DNA of 32,000 nucleotides from Candidatus Kuenenia stuttgartensis (GTDB lineage: Bacteria; Planctomycetota; Brocadiia; Brocadiales; Brocadiaceae). The position numbers and the translations under genes were made by a program. The notes beneath the pieces are model-generated. The model was not told where the DNA came from, did no database searches, and saw only the letters and a list, made by a program, of their open reading frames with translations. This document shows positions 27,633-32,000 of this stretch, one piece after another; positions within the stretch are counted from its first letter, which is position 1, and the number at the start of each line of letters is the position of its first letter. The stretch spans positions 3,510,001 to 3,542,000 of the forward strand of contig NZ_LT934425.1 of assembly GCF_900232105.1 (NCBI RefSeq), read 5' to 3'.

Positions 27633-30632
27633 ATGAAGAACAGGAACGTTGCGTTGGCATTTTTGATATGCATTGCACTATGGGTGTTTTCTTTTAAACA
27701 GGTATGTTTAGCGGCTGAGAAATTTGATATACAAACGCCTGTTTCCAAAGATGAATTGTTTGGTGGGAGCGGACAGCAAACAAAGGACAAAAAAGCCGTT
27801 GAAAAGATTGTGAAAATGGAGACGCCTTTCATTGTCAACAAGGGGCAGCAGGATGAACGGGTGGCATTTTATGCGCACATCTTCTGCGGCACAGTGTTTG
27901 TCACAAAAGACGGAGAAATGGTGTATGTATTGCCGGAGCATCAAAGAAAACAGGCATTAAGCGCGCGTAAGGCGAAAAACAAGACGACTCCCCCTGATTT
28001 CTCCGAAACAATTGAGAAAAGTTCCGGCAAGAAAGGCATTGCCGGTGAAAAGAGGGGGCTTTTCATTCTCCGGGAAAAACTTGCGGGCAGTGCCCTATCC
28101 GGAATACGAGGGGAAGAAGAGGTGGCAGCGAAGATCAATTATTTTAAGGGGGATGACGCTGGGAAATGGATGTCCGCAATTTCAAGCTACAGGATGGTAA
28201 GTCTGGGAGAGGTATACGATGGGATAGAATTGAAATTAAAAGCGTATGGAAATGCCGTAGAAAAGCTGTTTTATGTAAAACCAGGGGCAAACCCCGACGA
28301 AATAAGGGTTTGCCTTGAAACGGCAGAAAGAAGCACATTAAAAATTAATGCTTATGGCGGGCTTGCGGTTGAAACACAAACCGGGATGGCGGCATTTTCG
28401 CGCCCTGTTGCGTATCAGATTATCAACGGCAAAAAAGTAGATGTGCCTGTGACATATTATCTTCATGAGGGTGAAAAGATATCAGACAACAGTGGGCATC
28501 GTATCGTAGAAAATAAGAAGTATGGATGGCGCAGAACGGCAAATAGTAAGGGTGCTAAACCTGTATTTGCGAACAATATAACGGAAACCGCTATTGGTGA
28601 TAAATTTATCTATGGTTTCCGAACGGCTAATTTTGACAGGTCAAAGGAACTCGTCATTGACCCTATTATTTCATCTACTTTTTTGGGAGGTTATTCTGAC
28701 GAAGAGTGCAGGTCTTTGGGAGTGGACTCAAATGATAATGTGTTTGTTCTTGGAGTAACAATGTCAGATGACTTTCCTGTGACAGATGATGCATATGCAA
28801 CCTCTTCCAGCGGTAATAAAGATGTTTTTATCTCAAAATTCAGCAATGACCTGACGAGTCTTCTTGCTTCAACATATCTTGGCGGTTCTAATACTGAAGA
28901 TGCCCATGCACTGGCGATTGGTTCAGGCGACAACGTTTACATAACGGGCTTTACTTATTCAAAAGATTTTCCTGTAACGGGAGATGCGTATGACGCCTCG
29001 TATTCCGGCGGTGATGCCTTTGTGTCGAAGTTGAGCGGCGATCTTGGCAGTTTATTGGCGTCAACATATCTGGGCGGGTCGTATAGTGAAGAAGCCCGCT
29101 CGCTGGCGCTTGATATAAACGGCAATGTATATGTAGCGGGCATGACCTCCTCTACTAACTTTCCCACCACCGAAGGCGCTTACGATACATCGTCTTCGGG
29201 CTTATACAGAGATGTTTTTATCACAAAATTCGATGATGGTTTAAACAGTTTGCTTGCCTCGACATATCTGGGCGGGTCAGAGTATGACGGAGCCTATTCA
29301 CTGGCGCTTGATGTAAGTAATAATGTGTATGTAACGGGCATTACCAAATCAGAAGACTTTCCGGTGACTGACGACGTTTTTGACGAATCATTTAACGGCA
29401 GTGCGGATGCGTTTCTCTCGAAATTCAACAGCGATCTGACCAGTCTGCTTGCTTCAACATATATTGGCGGATATGATTATGACGGCGCTTATTCATTGGC
29501 GCTGGATTCAAGCGGAAACGTATATATAACAGGTTATACAGGTTCAACAGAGTCCGCGGATTTTCCCACAACTGCCGGCGCGTATGATTCGTCTTATTAT
29601 GGGGGAGACGTCTTTGTATCGAAGTTTAATGATGATTTAACCAGTCTGCTTGCTTCAACCTATCTTGGCGGCTCGGATTATGAAGAGGCGTATGCATTAG
29701 TAACAGATGCTGAGGATAATGTGTATGTAACTGGCATTACCAAATCAGAAGACTTTCCTACAACTGCTAACGTTTTTGACGAATCATTTAACGGCGGTGC
29801 GGATGTGTTTATTTCGAAATTCAACAGCGATCTGACCAGTCTGCTTGCTTCAACGTATCTTGGTGGGGCGGATGATGATAAATCCCTCGCGATGGTTTTG
29901 GGTGCTGCCGGAGGCGTGTATATTGCAGGTTCAACGTATTCGAATGATTTCCCGGTCACAGAAGCAGCATATAGCGCCGGTTTTAATAGTGAGTTGGGCA
30001 ATGCATTCATATCACGATTCGACAGCTCACTTTCGGTAAGCGGGGAAGTAACTACGGGCGAGGCGTCATATATAACCGTTGAATCGGCTACATTGCACGG
30101 GACAATTAATGCCGCCGGACTGTCAACGATAGCATGGTTTGAGTATGGAACGGTGAGCGGTTCTTATGATAATACAACAGAAGAACTAACGGTTGGCGGA
30201 TATGAGGATGTTTCTATAAATAGTAGTGTCAGTAGCCTGAGTTTCAGTACAACGTATTATTACCGGCTGGTAGCAAAAAACAGCGTTGGGACGTTATACG
30301 GAAGTGAAATGTCATTCAAAACATCAGCGCAGTGTAAGAGAGAGACTGTATCTGCGGATCAGCAGATTATGGAAATTGCCCGCACTTCTTCCGCACCGGT
30401 TACGATAACAGTTGCATGTAATGGTGGCGACCCTCGCTATGGTGTGCTGCTAATCTGGGAAATCATAAAGGGTGGAAACAATATTTCCATATCTCCCGAA
30501 AATGCAATCACAGATGATAATGGACAGGCTGTGTTTACGATTGAGGGCGTAAAGAGAGGAAATGCAACGGCAAGGTTTGTGTCAAGCGACTCAAATAGTA
30601 AGGCAAAAGTTAAAGTAAGAGTAACTCGATAG
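27633..30632 (+). CDS. Secreted SBBP-repeat beta-propeller protein with C-terminal Fn3-like and Big-1-like Ig domains
   Basis: Signal peptide 'MKNRNVALAFLICIALWVFSFKQVCLA'; 'FIVNKGQQDERVAFYAHIFCGTVFVTKDG'; seven repeats of 'STYLGGS...A.SLALD..GNVYVTG.T.S.DFP.T..AYD...G..DVFVSKF..DLTSLLA'; then 'ATLHGTINAAGLSTIAWFEYGT...YYYRLVAKNSVGTLYGSEMSF' and 'NAITDDNGQAVFTIEGVKRGNATARF'. RBS GAGGAGGGG before ATG 27633. Confidence 0.9.
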   Translation: MKNRNVALAFLICIALWVFSFKQVCLAAEKFDIQTPVSKDELFGGSGQQTKDKKAVEKIVKMETPFIVNKGQQDERVAFYAHIFCGTVFVTKDGEMVYVLPEHQRKQALSARKAKNKTTPPDFSETIEKSSGKKGIAGEKRGLFILREKLAGSALSGIRGEEEVAAKINYFKGDDAGKWMSAISSYRMVSLGEVYDGIELKLKAYGNAVEKLFYVKPGANPDEIRVCLETAERSTLKINAYGGLAVETQTGMAAFSRPVAYQIINGKKVDVPVTYYLHEGEKISDNSGHRIVENKKYGWRRTANSKGAKPVFANNITETAIGDKFIYGFRTANFDRSKELVIDPIISSTFLGGYSDEECRSLGVDSNDNVFVLGVTMSDDFPVTDDAYATSSSGNKDVFISKFSNDLTSLLASTYLGGSNTEDAHALAIGSGDNVYITGFTYSKDFPVTGDAYDASYSGGDAFVSKLSGDLGSLLASTYLGGSYSEEARSLALDINGNVYVAGMTSSTNFPTTEGAYDTSSSGLYRDVFITKFDDGLNSLLASTYLGGSEYDGAYSLALDVSNNVYVTGITKSEDFPVTDDVFDESFNGSADAFLSKFNSDLTSLLASTYIGGYDYDGAYSLALDSSGNVYITGYTGSTESADFPTTAGAYDSSYYGGDVFVSKFNDDLTSLLASTYLGGSDYEEAYALVTDAEDNVYVTGITKSEDFPTTANVFDESFNGGADVFISKFNSDLTSLLASTYLGGADDDKSLAMVLGAAGGVYIAGSTYSNDFPVTEAAYSAGFNSELGNAFISRFDSSLSVSGEVTTGEASYITVESATLHGTINAAGLSTIAWFEYGTVSGSYDNTTEELTVGGYEDVSINSSVSSLSFSTTYYYRLVAKNSVGTLYGSEMSFKTSAQCKRETVSADQQIMEIARTSSAPVTITVACNGGDPRYGVLLIWEIIKGGNNISISPENAITDDNGQAVFTIEGVKRGNATARFVSSDSNSKAKVKVRVTR
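28671..30033 (+). repeat. Seven intragenic SBBP repeats (about 65 aa / 195 bp each)
   Basis: Repeat-initial motifs STFLGGYSDEE, STYLGGSNTED, STYLGGSYSEE, STYLGGSEYDG, STYIGGYDYDG, STYLGGSDYEE, STYLGGADDDK. Confidence 0.85.
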
Positions 30633-30637
30633 TGTAA

Positions 30638-30666
30638 GGTCAGAGGTCAGAAGTCAGAAGTCAGAG
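30638..30666. repeat. Short degenerate tandem repeat (GTCAGA-based)
   Basis: GGTCAGAGGTCAGAAGTCAGAAGTCAGAG just after the SBBP gene. Confidence 0.7.
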
Positions 30667-30714
30667 ATCCATGTTTTTCGCGGACCTCCAACCTCCGGAT
30701 GAAAGCGTAATTTT

Positions 30715-31626
30715 CTATTTTATCCCCAGTTTAAACTTCAAAGACCTGAGGGTATTTCTCATAAGCATTGTAATGGTCATAGGGCCTACTCCTCCGGGAA
30801 CAGGGGTAATAAATCCTGCAATTTCACTCGCCGCTTCAAAATCAACATCTCCTTTTAAAAGAGCAACCATCTTGTTTGGGTCGTTCTTGCTGGGTTTTTC
30901 GCCTACCCTGTTCACCCCCACATCAATTACACACGCGCCAGGTTTAATCCATTCAGGTTTTACCAGTCCGGGAACTCCTGCGGCAACAATAAGGACGTCT
31001 GCGCGTTTGCAGTGTTCCGCCATATTTCTTGTTTGTGTATGGACTATTGTTACCGTAGCGTCCGCCCCTTTCCCTTTCTGAAGCATCATATTCGCGATTG
31101 GTTTTCCCACAATGTTAGAACGCCCAACCACAACCACCTCAGCGCCGCGGGTTTCAACGCCAGACCGTACAATCAATTCCTGAATGCCGGCGGGGGTGCA
31201 GGGCGGGAATTTTACCTCATTGCCTCCGATCATAAGACGTCCGACATTTACAGGATGAAACCCATCAACATCCTTGTCCGGATCAATGGCATTAAGCACC
31301 TTCTTTTCATCAATATGTTTCGGGAGTGGAAGCTGTACAAGGATGCCGTGAATTGAATCGTCGTGGTTGTACTTTTCAATAAGGGCGAGAAGGTCCTTTT
31401 CTGAAATATCCGCCGGTTGTGAATCCTGCACCTCTTTAAAACCAACCCGGTGAGCGGTTTTGATTTTTAAGGTTACATACGACATGGATGCCGGGTTTTC
31501 TCCGACAAGGATTGTTACCAGGCCTGGAACAACGCCGTGTTTCTTCTTTATTTCCGCTACTTCACCGGTAATTTCCTCTAATATTTGTTCACCAATCTCT
31601 GTACCTTTAATTAATTTTGCGGACAT
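30715..31626 (-). CDS. folD: Bifunctional methylenetetrahydrofolate dehydrogenase / methenyltetrahydrofolate cyclohydrolase
   Basis: 'VPGLVTILVGENPASMSYVTLKIKTAHRVGF', 'GILVQLPLPKHIDEKKVLNAIDPDKDVDGFHPVNVGRL', 'PCTPAGIQELI', 'VVVGRSNIVGKPIANMML', 'TPVPGGVGPMTITMLMRNT'. Confidence 0.97.
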   Translation of the reverse strand: MSAKLIKGTEIGEQILEEITGEVAEIKKKHGVVPGLVTILVGENPASMSYVTLKIKTAHRVGFKEVQDSQPADISEKDLLALIEKYNHDDSIHGILVQLPLPKHIDEKKVLNAIDPDKDVDGFHPVNVGRLMIGGNEVKFPPCTPAGIQELIVRSGVETRGAEVVVVGRSNIVGKPIANMMLQKGKGADATVTIVHTQTRNMAEHCKRADVLIVAAGVPGLVKPEWIKPGACVIDVGVNRVGEKPSKNDPNKMVALLKGDVDFEAASEIAGFITPVPGGVGPMTITMLMRNTLRSLKFKLGIK

Positions 31627-32000
31627 GACAATACACTCTCCTTTCAGCTATATACAATAAAAAACAAGTTTTAACTTTTAAAAAACTAAAGCGTTACAAA
31701 TACTGTGAATCCTGAACCCGCCTTGAATATCTCATTGATTTTACAGTGGTTATAATGCGTTTGCACTGCAAAATGACACAACAGGTTCTTTTTTGAGGAG
31801 TTAGAATGATAGTAAAACACACAGGGAAATACAACTTTTTTTCGCCATTTTTCTGTGATTTACAACGTCAGATATTCAATGTATGGAAAAACACGTGTTT
31901 CAGCAAAGCCGGTGAGGGAATCAATCTGCCGTAAGGTGGGTGAGACGAATAAAGTGGATTATTTTAAGCTGCGGTTCGATTCTTGACAAGGGGGTATCTT

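Noticed and set aside
28671-30033. Regular ~195-bp direct repeats as a satellite or CRISPR-like array
   Set aside because: Fully explained as protein-level SBBP blades within a single open frame.
31807-31940. Short ORF 'MIVKHTGKYNFFSPFFCDLQRQIFNVWKN...' near the right edge
   Set aside because: About 42 codons and no homology signal; the window ends too soon to judge context.

Overview
This 32 kb window looks like an ordinary Gram-negative chromosomal segment. Gene content and repeat style recall anammox Planctomycetota, but that is an inference. From left to right: (i) about 1-6240, a decaying operon-like cassette with the C-terminal part of a PLD-nuclease/SNF2 helicase, a RhuM-Fic gene split by an in-frame amber stop, and an Eco57I-like adenine methyltransferase pseudogene that is frameshifted and cut off just before its expected NPPY motif, next to a 29-nt palindrome; (ii) an OmpR-type response regulator and histidine kinase pair; (iii) on the minus strand, a metallophosphoesterase, a GT39-like glycosyltransferase and a three-gene RND efflux operon, plus an orphan RND C-terminal fragment abutting a repeat with terminal inverted repeats; (iv) a minus-strand LABNTD / CmoA-like / ICMT-like overlapping gene set and a second GT39-like gene; (v) a repeat-rich stretch at 22.4-23.4 kb with two different inverted-repeat elements; (vi) an exported OB-fold-like protein, a stand-alone CoaB-like protein, an arylsulfotransferase-like beta-propeller protein, a 7-repeat SBBP protein and folD. 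I see no CRISPR array, rRNA, tRNA or clearly new system. The best leads are the helicase/RhuM-Fic/methyltransferase cassette and the non-autonomous inverted-repeat families.
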